A DNA stretch of 64,000 nt from a virus (taxonomy: Duplodnaviria; Caudoviricetes): positions 1 through 64,000 of the IMG/VR virus record IMGVR_UViG_3300032007_000060; one strand, written 5' to 3'. The translations under genes were made by a program, and so were the position numbers. Positions 20,254-33,100 of this stretch are shown in pieces (the stretch's first letter is position 1; every line of letters starts with the position of its first letter). The notes below the pieces were generated by a model that worked only from the letters and a program-made list of their open reading frames with translations, was not told where the DNA came from and did not search any database.

Positions 20254-21556
20254 TAGCTCTTACACGATTAATCATCTTAAATACATTATTATTCCTTATA
20301 GGATATTTACTCTTTTTACTAACTCTTTTTTTTACAGATGAGGATGTACTACGTAATTTTACACTATTGATTCTGTTTCGATGGAAATAATCATTAACAA
20401 CAAAAGACGGATATGTCCGGTATTTCATTTTTTGAAATCCATGACTTTTAAAACGACTACAGTCATTTAATAATTTATAGTAACCTCTACTTTGTAAATA
20501 ATAGATACTATGGGTTTTCCAGTATTCATGACTAAATATTTCCAATTCACTCATTCAACTTCACCTTCTAAAACATATTTTTTTATGACCCATTCTACGA
20601 AATCATCAATTGGAATAACCATACTCCAATCATCATACATTGATGGGTATGAGAATTGGATTTTTTCTTTTTTTAAGAATTCGGTTAATGTATCCCATTC
20701 TTTTTCTAATATTTCAAGATAATCTTCCATTGAAGTATCATACTGTAATGTTAGGATTAACCAATCATTATTAGCGTCAATACCAATATTAACATAAGCA
20801 GGGAGAATATATTTCTCGAATACTGCTAATGCTCCACTGAAGTTTCTTTTAAAATTAATGTATTGAACATAACCATTCATCACATCATCTTTAAAAATTA
20901 ATTTAGTTTTCTCCATCATTTCACATCACCACTTTATCCCATATTATGCTCCAAACAATAGTTATAATACCCGCAGATAATGCTGCACCAACATAAAAAT
21001 CAGGAATCATTCCATTTTGTGATGCACCAACTAATATGCAACCTATACATAACATAATATAATTAGTCATTTTACCTAGTCCTTTCACCTATAAGAAAAC
21101 CCATATATGCTGCCATTGCACCTAATAAGAAAAATACAACCCATTCTACTTCAATCATTCTTTTAACTCCTTTTTCAGTTCATTTAATATACTAATTGCA
21201 AATTGCCTATTACTCATATCTAAAACTTTACCTTGTCTCGCATATGGATCATATTCCTGATTTATTTCTGTAATTTTTTTATCAATTAAATTAATAATAT
21301 TGTCCATTAGTTTACAGGTTTCAACTTCTACAGCAACGGTTATGTCATCAACTTTTGATTTTAATTGTTTATTTTCTTTTTTAAGGTCAGTTAATTTAGA
21401 TTTGTATTCTAATTTTTTAGTTAATTCATATGTGTGTTGTTTTTTCAAGGTGTCTTTTTCAATTTGTAGCTGCTCATTCTCTTCATATAAACGAATTAGT
21501 TCCTCACGAACAAACAAATCTTCAATCAAATCAATATTTAATCGTTTTTCAGTCAT
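20198..21556 (-). other. Small hypothetical genes (20198-20554, 20551-20919, 21155-21556)
   Basis: Coupled ORFs with no recognisable domains. Confidence 0.55.
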
Positions 21557-21891
21557 TCTTTCACCAACATTCTTATTCTTTTTTTCAAATCACTATTTTG
21601 TTTATGTAATTTCCCATTTTCTTTTTTTAATTTAGGGCAATATTTTTTCCAGTAATCTTTTTGAAATTGAAGTAATGTCTTAAAACTTAAATCATAATGA
21701 TATTTCTGATGGTAATTATGATGACAATTATGACACATTACTATGAGATTTTCAATACTGTTATGCAACTCATCATATTTTGTAGTGTGGAGTATATGAT
21801 GAGGTTCAAGATTTTTCTTGCTTTCGCAGATACAACATTTATCTTCCTTTTTTAGAATTTCTTCACCAACAGTAAATCGTTTTTCAGTCAT
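21553..21891 (-). CDS. HNH endonuclease (Zn-finger type)
   Basis: CCICESKKNLEPHHI...NLIVMCHNCHHNYH. Confidence 0.85.
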   Translation of the reverse strand: MTEKRFTVGEEILKKEDKCCICESKKNLEPHHILHTTKYDELHNSIENLIVMCHNCHHNYHQKYHYDLSFKTLLQFQKDYWKKYCPKLKKENGKLHKQNSDLKKRIRMLVKE

Positions 21892-21906
21892 TACACATCA
21901 CCATCA

Positions 21907-24432
21907 TTATACCACTTCAACATCATCTAATATATTATCAAAAATTTGCTTTAAAACTGTTTTGTCTTCTTTTATTAATTCGTACAATTCTGATGAAATT
22001 AATATAATAATACCATCGACACAATTGTTTTCTTGAACATTTAGTTTAACATCTACTTTTTCAGTCATTCTCTCACCTCTTCCAAAGGGCAAAATTTGAA
22101 TAAATGTTCTTTTGGATGGGGTAGGTAGGTTTTATTTGCTTCAACGCAAATTTTTAATTTGTTGCATTTGTAGAATTCTGCTCCTATAATCAGAGGGTTG
22201 TTTTTAGATGTTTCTGTTATTCTTATTTCTTCGAAGTAAGGGCAGTATTCACATTCTTCGATTGTGCATAATTTTTTTGCAGTCATTCTATTCTCCTTAA
22301 ATTTTGTAAATATTCAAATTCGCTACCATTAAATTCGCACTGAGGACAAGTATAATATTTTTCAAGTGTCTGAAGTTTAAAATCATTTTCACGGTGTTCT
22401 TCTGATTGCTTCTTTAACTCTCTTGATAACTCAGATATTCTTGAATGTAGTTTGCTAATTTGTTCAATAGCATCATCAAGATTAGAGTTTAAACTTTCAT
22501 TCTCTTTTATCATTTGATTTACATAATCAATAAATCCCTGCATGTATTTTTTATTATCACCAGAAGTGCTAAATCTTCCATAATAAATATAAGGGTTATC
22601 TAAATCTTTAATAACAAATTCACATAGGTTATCTAAACCTATTATATGAAATTCACTCATTCCAAATCCTCCCTAAATTCTGTTATTCTCTTAAAACAAG
22701 GTATGCATAATGTTTCTTCATCATACACTACGAAGTGAGCAGTATGTTCTATTGGCATTCCACAGATTGCACATTCATTCATTCCAAATCCCTCAATGTT
22801 ATTTCCAACTCTCTTTTACCAAACGGTGCTATTAATTCAAATACAATACTTCTTTCGGATTCAATACTTAGTTTATTTTCACATAACATTTTAGCAAAAT
22901 CCTCTCCATTTTCAGTAAGGATTTCACCTAAATACTTTTTAAAACTAATTCCATTACCCATTGGTTTAATTTCAACATCAGTCATTCTTCTAACTCCTTT
23001 TCATATATACAATTCTTTTTTTTAAATCCGTCATTAAAAATCAAACAGAAAAATAAATACTTGCACCATCTACAAGTCATTCTTTCAACTCCTTTTCATA
23101 AGTACAGAGGTTTCCTTGTCGAAAAGGACATTTTGGACAACCAATATTAATACAATACCAATTCATAGTATGAGTCCAAGTTTCAGTCATTCTATCTCCT
23201 CTTCAATCGTTTAATATGTTCCTACAATCAGTAATTTTCTCATGCATTCGCCAAATATTAAGATTTTGTGATTCTACTTCTTCTTTTAACTCCTCTACCT
23301 CTTTATTTGCCCAAAACAAATCATGAGACAACTTACTATTCTTCAACCTTAACTGTCTATTCTCTTCATACATCCTATTCAATTCTTCACAAATAGTTAT
23401 TGCATCTTTACGAGTATCCGCAAACGCAAAATGATGATTCTCCTTTTGAATTTCACCACGATAATTCACAAACAGATCAGTCATCAATAATACCTCCACA
23501 TTACTATAAGAATATTAATGAGGAATAATGCTAATATTATCCTCATTATCATTCTTTTAACTCCATATTCATATTTTGTAACATGTCTTTAGAAACATGA
23601 ATTAACTGAATCACTTCATCAAAATTATCCAACTTTGAAAGTCCAATATCTTTATGAAGAAAACCTATAAGTTCATTTAAAACATTCATAAAATCAGTTA
23701 AAACATTCTCAGCATTTATTTTACCAATATTCAAATCATTTAAAACTTTTAACAATTTATCCGCTGACTCTACATTAACTATGAATAGAAATTCACCATC
23801 TGGTTTAAAAATATTCACATAATGATAATCATCTGTTGATTGTCCGTAAAACATAGCCTCCGCATTATCAGTCATGAACTCAACTCCTTCTTCAATTCAA
23901 CTATCTTCTGAATAGCATCCTGCACATCAGAATTATCCTTATACTCATCCCGAACAGTTTCAATTGCATTCTCAAGATTATTCAAATCCTCCAGATACCC
24001 ACCACCAATTAAAACATCACAGGTATACTCTTCAATATCATCCAAACTCATATCATTCCAATCAAAATCCCTACAACCAACAACTTCAATTTTACCCTCA
24101 TCAGTTAAATGAAAACTTACTATCCCATTCTTAAATCTTCGTTCATACACTTCACCAGTATTGTACCAGTTCTTGTCCCCAAACATTTCCAAACTTTCTT
24201 CAGATAATATATCATCTAAAGTTAAACCAAAGAATGGGTCAAATGGTTCTATCTGAACAAAAGCATAACTGTAGCTTGGCATTTCAAAATCACTTTCACT
24301 GGTTTGGAAAACTCCTTTTATTGAATAATATTCTTCACCACTACCATCACCTACGCTGATTTCCCATGATTGCGGGAATGTTTTCAATACTTCAATAAAA
24401 TCTTTAACAGTTAATTTATTCCTTATATTCAT
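21907..24432 (-). other. Array of small hypothetical genes, most starting MTE/MTD/MTA
   Basis: ORFs 21907-22068, 22065-22286, 22283-22660, 22779-22985, 23203-23484, 23549-23875, 23872-24432. Confidence 0.55.
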
Positions 24433-24582
24433 TCTGAATCACCATCCACAATTCTGAAATATAATTCATTATCGTTACTCATGTCAAATTCAAGGTCATG
24501 AGTAGTTACTCCTTTAACTTCATCATAGCAAGATAATCTTATTTTTAACTTATTATCAAACTCACGGGACAATGTTCTAAAT

Positions 24583-24996
24583 TCACCTAATCTCATTTTC
24601 CCTCATCTCCACAATATATGGTTCTTTCTTTTCCGGACAATTATCAGCTAAACCTTCTTTTATTCCACTATGATGACCATCAACATGACACATATACGGT
24701 TCAGGACTATTCATATCTAAAACACAAGAAGGACAACATTCACAAGGATAAATAATTCTGATTGCGGGTACTTTTCTGAATTTGTCTTTACTTGGAACAA
24801 TAGCTAAACTGCTACGGTAATTTAAATAGTCACAATGGATTTGACCGCCATCATCGATATGGTTGACAATTCCGTATGTTCCTGGTGGAACTGGTGTTGG
24901 ATCATCCATTTTGAGTAATTTTATAATTGTGCCTTTAGGGTATTTTTTACGAATTTCAGCTACTTCTTCTTTAGTTGGCCAGAATTCACTATTCAT
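24583..24996 (-). CDS. DUF4314-like SH3-fold protein
   Basis: YPKGTIIKLLKMDDP.PVPPGTYGIVNHIDDGGQIH...SSLAIVP..DKF. Confidence 0.8.
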   Translation of the reverse strand: MNSEFWPTKEEVAEIRKKYPKGTIIKLLKMDDPTPVPPGTYGIVNHIDDGGQIHCDYLNYRSSLAIVPSKDKFRKVPAIRIIYPCECCPSCVLDMNSPEPYMCHVDGHHSGIKEGLADNCPEKKEPYIVEMRENEIR

Positions 24997-27083
24997 CAGG
25001 AATCCTCCTTTTTCATTATTAAATGAGGATTGGTATCATGGATTTTGTCCATGAACTCAACAACCAAATGTTCCTTACCAACATCTTCCAATAACTCCAA
25101 CAACACATTAATTTTATCCATATAAGTATCTCCCATTAGTAAACCCTCTTGTTCGGATTTTAACTTGAGATTTTTATCCAATAAATCTAATATGCTGTCT
25201 ACATAATCATCCTCAATATCTTGTATGAGCTCTTCTTTTTTATTCAAGTGGTCTGCTAATTGTTCAGCATCTTCCACAGTTTCAAAGTACCATTCAGGGA
25301 ATTCATCTAACTTATCAGTCATAAGAACATGTACATCGTTCCCATCTTCCCATTTTACTTGGTATCTTTTGTTTTCATATTTTTCGGCTAGATGATTGTA
25401 CTCATAAGATTCACAGGTAACTGGGTTATCATTGCAACTTATTCCTGCGGTATTATGGAAACAGTATTTGCATTTATTCTCCTTCATTCTAAATCACCGT
25501 ATTTTCCTTTTTTATGGAATTTATAATGCATATATCTAAATAAACTAATCGTTAATCCAGTCTTTTTCATAATTTGGCATATAATATCCGAATTTATCGC
25601 AGAACTCCATTATTAACTTGGGAGATATTGGATGTTCATAATATCCACGTACTTTAACAATATTACGTTCAACATCAAATTCCACCATATCCGCTTCTTT
25701 TCCAAAGAATTCTCGTATTTTCTCTTCATATCTTTTAATGTCTTTTTCGTATCGTTCCTTACTATTTTGAATCTGATAATACCAGTTCTCCTCCATTGTT
25801 GTATCTTCGTTTTCATGGAATACTTGGAAGTCTTTTAATAATTCATCAATGTCCAAGTTGAACATTTCACTTAATTGTTGTTTTTCTTCTTCTGTGGGTA
25901 CTTTTCGGATTGTTACTCTTATATCAGATTCAAAGAAACCATTACCTATTCCGGCATAATAATAATCGTCAACTTCTCCTCCAATACTTAATCTTCCGAA
26001 ATAGAGTACCCATAATAAACCTGCAAAGGCCATTCCATTATTTGTTTCCGATAACTTCATAATGTCCCCATCCATATTCTGGTCTTTCAGTCATTTTTCT
26101 TTCTGAATCATGTATTCTTATTAAATCAGGAACCCTTTTACATATTTCAAAGATTTCACGATTTCCAATTCTCAAAGCATAGCATATTACTCCATTAAGG
26201 ATCCGCCCAGCTTCAATTTCATCCTTAACAAATTTCCTATTTGTAAGTTTCATGTTCATATTGCATACCCCATTATTTCCATTGCTTTTTCTGCAATTTT
26301 CCGGTCTATTTGTTTGTTGTTGGTGTTGATTTCCACAACAACCTTATCAAGTAGTGAATCGTAGATTTCAACACCCGGAGTGAATTTTGAATCAATAATT
26401 TTATGCCTCGGACTCCTCATCTTCAATCAACTCGTCATCTTCAAAAGCATCTTCATCATATTTTAAACGGTTGAGAATGCGAATTTTTTTATCAGGTTCA
26501 ACTAGTTCCATACCTAATGGATATACTGCATAATTTTCATATTCGCTTGTTTTGATTGATTCTCCTAATTTTTGTGTTATTTCATCAATGTTTTTGTAGA
26601 TTTTACTTCCTCTTTCGTCAGGTATTCTTAATATTACTGCGAATAATACATCATAATTATTACTCATTTTTTAAACTCCTCTAATTCTTTTTCTAACCAT
26701 TCTTTAAATTCATTAATACAAGATTCATCACCTAAACTACTTAACACATGATTACCGGTGTTATCATAGATGCTGTAGTTCATGCCATAATCTGGATTGC
26801 CTAACCATCTCTCTGATGTGATTATGAATCTGGTTACTGGTTGGATTAATGGTCTTTGATACCCAAACAGGCTTTCATAATATTCCTGCTGTTCTTTTGC
26901 TCTTTCCATATCCATACAGATTAGTCCATGAACATAACAAATCTTATCAATTATCATGGTTAATGGCATTCTTTTCAATGTATCTAATAATAATACAGCA
27001 TCGATTACTTTACAGTATTTAATGATAAATCTTTGTTTCATTTCTTTGCCTCTTTGAATATGCTGCCTATTGGTGCAAAACAC
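24996..27083 (-). other. Small hypothetical genes (24996-25487, 25545-26075, 26038-26259, 26401-26667, 26664-27083)
   Basis: Co-oriented packed ORFs. Confidence 0.55.
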
Positions 27084-27213
27084 TCAACAAAAGCTGGTTC
27101 GGTATCCTCCCATAATTCTCCCCAATTGGTACATTCATATTCCTTATGGTCATACCAGTCACAGTCTTTATGCTGCTTGGTCGGGTGAATATGAAGATCA
27201 TCTGGGTTGAGTT

Positions 27214-27990
27214 TCATTCTATCACTTTTTTAGCTGCTTCCATGTCCCCCTCATAAATATGGAGACTGCTTGAATTGTAGTTTATTCCCTCGAATTCAAG
27301 AGTAGGATAATTTTCTTTCAATGCTTCAACCAGTTTGATTCCGATGTAGCTGATGAAAAGCATATTTGATGGGAATGCACTGTAACAATCATTTGACCGG
27401 AATATCACGTGCAAGATTAACTTATTATTCCTTATGGTTGCTTGAACCCAATTCAAACAAGGAATGTGTTGTTCTGTTGCATCTAATCCGCAGTTATATA
27501 ATGTTGCTACAGCTCGATTGCTTCCAGCATGTTCAAGTAATCTGTACTCCATGATTTCTAATTGGTTTGCATCTATTTCTTCATCAAATCTGTCAATAGC
27601 AGGATAACAGCATAATCTCTGAGGGTATGTATAGACGAAATCTCCTCCATCAATCATGTATGGATCATCAAGACTTTCCACATATTCAGCAAGTGCAAGG
27701 TCCTTAATTGGATATCCATTTATATTAAAAACCCCTTTACGAATCATACTGATAAACATTTTACTGTTAATATTTTGACCGCCGAATTGTTTTAATGGAC
27801 TGTCAATAAAACAATGATTGATTAATGATTCTACGAGTACATCACCATCGTCTTTTTCATGTTCTTCTCCAGTTTCAATTATTTTCTTCAAAAATTTTTT
27901 CCATGCATCTTCAAGTTTCATTTGTCTCATCTCTCTTTTTCTCTTAATTCCTTTCCTGCAAGCAATCCTAAATATAAAAACATAAACCAC
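27214..27990 (-). CDS. thyA: Thymidylate synthase, archaeal type
   Basis: YTYPQRL, SNRAVATL, HIPCLNWVQ (catalytic Cys), FRSNDCYSAFPSN, SLHIY; likely start MKLEDAWK at 27920. Confidence 0.88.
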   Translation of the reverse strand: MVYVFIFRIACRKGIKRKREMRQMKLEDAWKKFLKKIIETGEEHEKDDGDVLVESLINHCFIDSPLKQFGGQNINSKMFISMIRKGVFNINGYPIKDLALAEYVESLDDPYMIDGGDFVYTYPQRLCCYPAIDRFDEEIDANQLEIMEYRLLEHAGSNRAVATLYNCGLDATEQHIPCLNWVQATIRNNKLILHVIFRSNDCYSAFPSNMLFISYIGIKLVEALKENYPTLEFEGINYNSSSLHIYEGDMEAAKKVIE

Positions 27991-28102
27991 ATTGAAATCA
28001 TACTAAACATATTCCTATTAACAGTCCAATCAACTAAATAAGAACAAATAACAGATATGCCCATACCTATGACACATATCAACATTATTTTAGAAATATC
28101 AT

Positions 28103-28468
28103 TCATTTTCCATCACTTCCATAGATATGATTATTTCTTTTATTAGGAATCCTCTTAACACCTAATTTTTTACAGATTTCATCAACTTTATTCTGTTTCC
28201 AACCGGTGCGAACTAATTCATTCCTTACTTTCTGTGCATCTTCTAAAGTAGCATATTTTCCAAAATAATATGTTGAACGCATTCTTTTCTTTTTAATATA
28301 GAATCCATTTGATTTTTCTTCAATGTATTTACGTTCACTATCTGGATTAATGGTTTCAGGATAATTACTTTTGAATAGGGATTGGAGGTTGGTGCCATGT
28401 TTAACAAGACACTCTTCTAATCCCATTCCATCTCGTAAATCTTCTGTTATTTCAATTGGAATCATCAT
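28103..28468 (-). CDS. AP2-like DNA-binding domain protein
   Basis: FYIKKK..STYYFGKYATLEDAQKVRNEL. Confidence 0.55.
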   Translation of the reverse strand: MMIPIEITEDLRDGMGLEECLVKHGTNLQSLFKSNYPETINPDSERKYIEEKSNGFYIKKKRMRSTYYFGKYATLEDAQKVRNELVRTGWKQNKVDEICKKLGVKRIPNKRNNHIYGSDGK

Positions 28469-29489
28469 TCTAAATCCCTATCCATCCAATCATCACAGTA
28501 TCCAGTTAAACTAACAGTATCTTCATATACCCTACAGAATCCTTCAGTTTTATTATCCGAATCATTTTCACAATGCAAACATGTTTCACAGCAAGGCACA
28601 TTACTTCTTGCAGCTTCTAAATGCAATGGATATTTTGTCATAGGAATCTGCCCATAACTGCAATCTTTATGATTATCACAGAATATTTGTGCTAATGTTT
28701 CATCATCAACAAATGCAACATGTTCCTCAGTTTCATCTAATTTTCTGGTGATCTCAAAAACTGGTACTTTTTTAGCTTCTTTAATGTTTCTGTTTTCTGC
28801 TCTTAATCTTCTGATTATTTTAACATAATTGTTCATTTTACGTGTTAAAGTGTTAGCAACGTCTTTTGCAGGACAATAGTATGTTCTATCATTGATACTG
28901 TCCACTATGATATAGTGGTGGTTGTTTTCTAATTCAACCCAGTATTCTCCGCTCATTTTATCTCCTCTCCATATTTTGCTAATGTTTTCTCTACTTCTTC
29001 TTGTGTTGTTAAACCAAAGTGTTCATTATACTTTATTTGTGCATCAATAAAGTTTCTTAACTCCAGTAATCTGATATCGTATAATTCTTTTGGCAATCCA
29101 TAATGTGCATCAGTCATTAACTTTATTAAGGTTTGTAGTGTTATTTTAAGAGTAATATTCTGAACTTTGATTTCAGTAGGTTTTATTCCGGAAATATTTT
29201 CACCTATAACTAATTTTATTGGTAAAGTCATTCCCGCAAATCCATGAACATGCAATATATCACTAGCCATTGAATCTGCATCACTCCAATTAAATTTACC
29301 TGCTTTAACATATTTTTCATAATTACTTGCATAACATAAATGTGATACAAATTGGAATGGTTTCAGGATTAGATCATCACAATGATTATTCATACATTGA
29401 ACAATATCTCCATGCTTTAAACATTTCATATCACATTTATTCTTGTCTATAATTTCAGAATAAACACAATCATTACAACGATAAGTCAT
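28465..29489 (-). other. Two hypothetical genes with Cys clusters (28465-28956, 28953-29489)
   Basis: CxxC..C..C motifs; coupled ORFs. Confidence 0.55.
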
Positions 29490-29817
29490 TCAACTCACTT
29501 CCTGCACATCCCTTTAAATTAAGCAAAATTGGATAAACCTTTTTACCCATATCAGTTAATTTATATAATCTACCTTTACGTGCTTCCTCATTAATACAAA
29601 CAACAAGTTCTTTCTCTTTTAATTCACCTAAAACTTTACTAACATGATTCTGTCTAAATCCAGCATGATATGCAATGAATTTAGGAGTCATTGCATTATT
29701 CTTAAACAATAATGCAAGTGTTCTTTCACGATAACTTGAAATTAAAACATATGCTGCTAAACTCATTAACTCATCACTTGAATTATAATTCTGATTCAAA
29801 AATTCTGTTTTATTCAT
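29473..29817 (-). CDS. Winged-helix (ArsR/MarR-like) transcription regulator
   Basis: SSYRERTL..MTPKFIA..NHVSKVLGELKEKELVVCINEEARKGRLYKLTDMG. Confidence 0.85.
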   Translation of the reverse strand: MNKTEFLNQNYNSSDELMSLAAYVLISSYRERTLALLFKNNAMTPKFIAYHAGFRQNHVSKVLGELKEKELVVCINEEARKGRLYKLTDMGKKVYPILLNLKGCAGSELNDLSL

Positions 29818-30194
29818 GCTTCCATCTCTACTATTAAATCATAATCCCAATTACAAGCTAAACAGATATCTCTTTCATGTTGTGCATCTTTGAGTTTATC
29901 AAATGAACCGAAGTATTGTTGTTTACCATCAATCTCTTTAATAACAAGGAATTTCCCTCCTTGTCTGCGGATATATTCTGTTGCTCTGAAACTTGGATTT
30001 GCATTCCAATTTTTACCCATGTAGTATGCTCTCCACATTCGTGCTTCTTCAAGTGTGATGAAACTACCCCAATATTGGAGCATTCCACCGATTCTTTTTC
30101 TTATTTCAAATCTCCTGTTCTTGTTATTTTGATAAATGTATGATGGGAGTTTTGTGAAAACTCCATCATAGTAAATGTATTTCACCATTCCCAT
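29814..30194 (-). CDS. Tandem AP2-like DNA-binding domain protein
   Basis: Two repeats: FEIRKRI..QYWGSFITLEEAR and FLVIKEI..QYFGSFDKLKDAQ. Confidence 0.6.
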   Translation of the reverse strand: MGMVKYIYYDGVFTKLPSYIYQNNKNRRFEIRKRIGGMLQYWGSFITLEEARMWRAYYMGKNWNANPSFRATEYIRRQGGKFLVIKEIDGKQQYFGSFDKLKDAQHERDICLACNWDYDLIVEMEA

Positions 30195-33100
30195 AACCCC
30201 ACTGTTATTGTGACTATTGGCAATATTTCACCATCATTTACAATATATTTGGATTTGTGTTTTGGACGAGGCAAATTAGAATTCATTAATTCTTTCATAT
30301 TAACGTAGTAATCCTCATTTATCTCATCAGTAATGTTATTGTTCTTTAAAATGGAATTTCCAATATTCCTTAGATTCTTCATTTGGAATAATGACTTCCT
30401 TATGAAAGATACGAATACATTTGATACCAAATTCATTTTCAAAATCTCCTAAATATTTCTCAAATTCTTTTGTAGTTGAAATAATAACTAAATCTAATGT
30501 TATACTGTCACTTAATTCAACTGGTTGTAATAAACGGAGATTATGTTTATCAAACCATTCAGTTACTGCTGTTTTGAATTTTAATTCTTTACTGAATACT
30601 TCAGTTTTACTATTTAAGTAGTCATGATATAAACTCATAAAATAACATTCCTCCTTTCCTTTTATCGTCTGTGTTTTTTAAATTTAATCACATCATCAAT
30701 TGCAAGTAATTCCATTAACCCTTTTTCACGATCACCAATTGCAGCTTCACTTAATTTCTGATGAACCTCCCGTGTAATTCTTACATGTGAATTGTTCGGA
30801 CTGCAATCTTTCAAAGCATTATAAAATTTAACAGTACAAGGTAATGTATCTGTGAAACAATGCTCTCTGATAGTTACATCTAACCAGATAGTGTTCATTT
30901 TACCTGTACTTGTAAATTCAACAACTTTCATATCATCATATTCCAAATTACGGTAATCTTTCCATCCAGCAGGTTTGTAAATATAAATCCATTTTTCATT
31001 AAACCCATCACCATAATTATTCTCAGTTTTAACACTTCTTTTTTGAATGCAATCTAATACTCCATTAAATTTTTTACAGAACTTGTCATGCCATTCACGT
31101 GTCCAGCTATTTTCTCCAGGAATTTCAACTTCCAAATAGAAATTATAACCATGATACGCTGCTCTTGCTTGAATTGTTATGGAAATACAAGTTGGTTCAG
31201 CATCAATTGCATTCCAAAATTCATGTTCAAAACTTTGAACTTCATCATGCAATTTCCTGATTAGATCATTAAGATTAGTGAGAGTCATTTCTTTTCTCCA
31301 TTATCATACATGCCACAGTTATCAAGAGGTTCTACTAATTCATCCATTAATATACAATATTTCGGATTTTGATAGTGTCCACAAGTTTCGCAACATTCAA
31401 TCATTCTTTCACTTCCTTAAGAATGGTTTTAGTATGAATTAACTGTTTCAAAAAAGATATTCTTCGTTTAATATAATCAATACTCCATTCTAATTTTTTA
31501 AGTTCAAGAGATTCATCTGCCAAAGAATCTTTAACATATTTCTTACGGGTTTTATCATTGTTGCCACCGTATTTTTCTTTAATGACATCATAGTCAGTTT
31601 CAGCTTTTTCCTTTGCTGCATCTTCCAATAATTTTTCAGAAGATGTATTATAAGCTTCTTTTTTATTGTACAATTCAATTTCTTTACGGGATAATTCTGT
31701 GACAAGTCTGCTCCATTCATTTAAGTTTTCCATGATTGGAGCATATTCATCACTTAATCCATCAAAGAGTATTGTTACATGTTTTACCATGTTGCCGTTA
31801 TTGTCTTCGATATAATCTACTTTAACGCTGCTTGCTTCGTCTTGATAGTATGGGTTTTGAACCCATACCATTACATCATCGCATTTACTGTCAAGTAATG
31901 CGTCTTTTAAAACTTCAAAACTCATAGTTTTATACTCCTTTTTCCTCTTCTTTTTTAGGTTCAGATTCAAATAGATTGATTCTGCGACCAAAGTATTTTC
32001 CATTATCTAATTCAAACCAAGGGTCTGATGGTTTGGCCATGATTGGTTTGATGAAATTCGGCCTTTCATTTCCTTTAAATTTAACCTGCACATATTCTGT
32101 TTCAAGTATATTAAACCCAGGCACATCTAATAATTCTAACAATCTTGGAATTTTCACTGGATTCATATCAACAACGGCAACTCCGCCAGTAGCTAATTTT
32201 AATTCCATTCTTACAATGAAATTAGGCATATCTGCAGCAATTGTGAAAAATCCAAGTAAACAACTTTCTATTCTTGCATTACAAATTGTTTCATTTTCCA
32301 TTAGTTAACATCCTCCTTTTTACTTCAGTATCTGCTAATAATGTGCCGATTGTTTCCCTTTCAAAAATATCCTCAGGATACACGTAGATATCAAGGAATA
32401 ATTTTTGCAATGCTTTTGCAATTTTTTCATCAGCAGCATTATTGATATGAACAAGAATTGTTCTTTTAATATCTACTTCGTTAATTTTCCTTTCAAAGTT
32501 TAATTTCTGTTTTAAATAGGAAATTTCATCTTTTTGACTCATAGTAATCCCCCAATATGTAAAATATTCAAAATACAGATAATTATTAACATAGCAGTAA
32601 CGCACAAAAAGATAGTGGCAAATATATCCGCATACCTATTGAAAAATGAATTTTCATGTTTCATTTCCATTCTTTCAATACATAACTCCACTTTTTCTTT
32701 TAAGGTACGTTCATCATCTTTTGTGATTATTTCACGAAACTCTTTTGGTGTTTCATCTCCTAAAATGACTAATAATTCTCTTGGAGCATTTTCCATGTAT
32801 TTTTTAGCATCACGTGCAAATACTATGAAACTTCTGCAACCTAAACCATCAAATAAATCAAAATTATTGTCTTTATCAGGTGAAACTAATACTACTTCTT
32901 CAAGGTCGTTTGTTGGGTTATAGCTGATGATTCCGTAGTATCCTGTTGTGAATTTTACCATTTTGAATGTTAGTTCAGGGTCCATGTTTTGTGTTTCAAC
33001 AACTTCATAATCTGTCGGATCATATTCAATATTCTCAATTTGATTCATAGTCATATGGATCAACTCCTTTAACATGATACTTCGGAACTTCTTTTAATTC

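Noticed and set aside
27214-27990. ThyA homologue as a dCMP hydroxymethylase (modified-base pathway)
   Set aside because: Retains the Asn after RSxD (AFPSN) typical of dUMP specificity, and no glycosyltransferase or other hypermodification genes are seen
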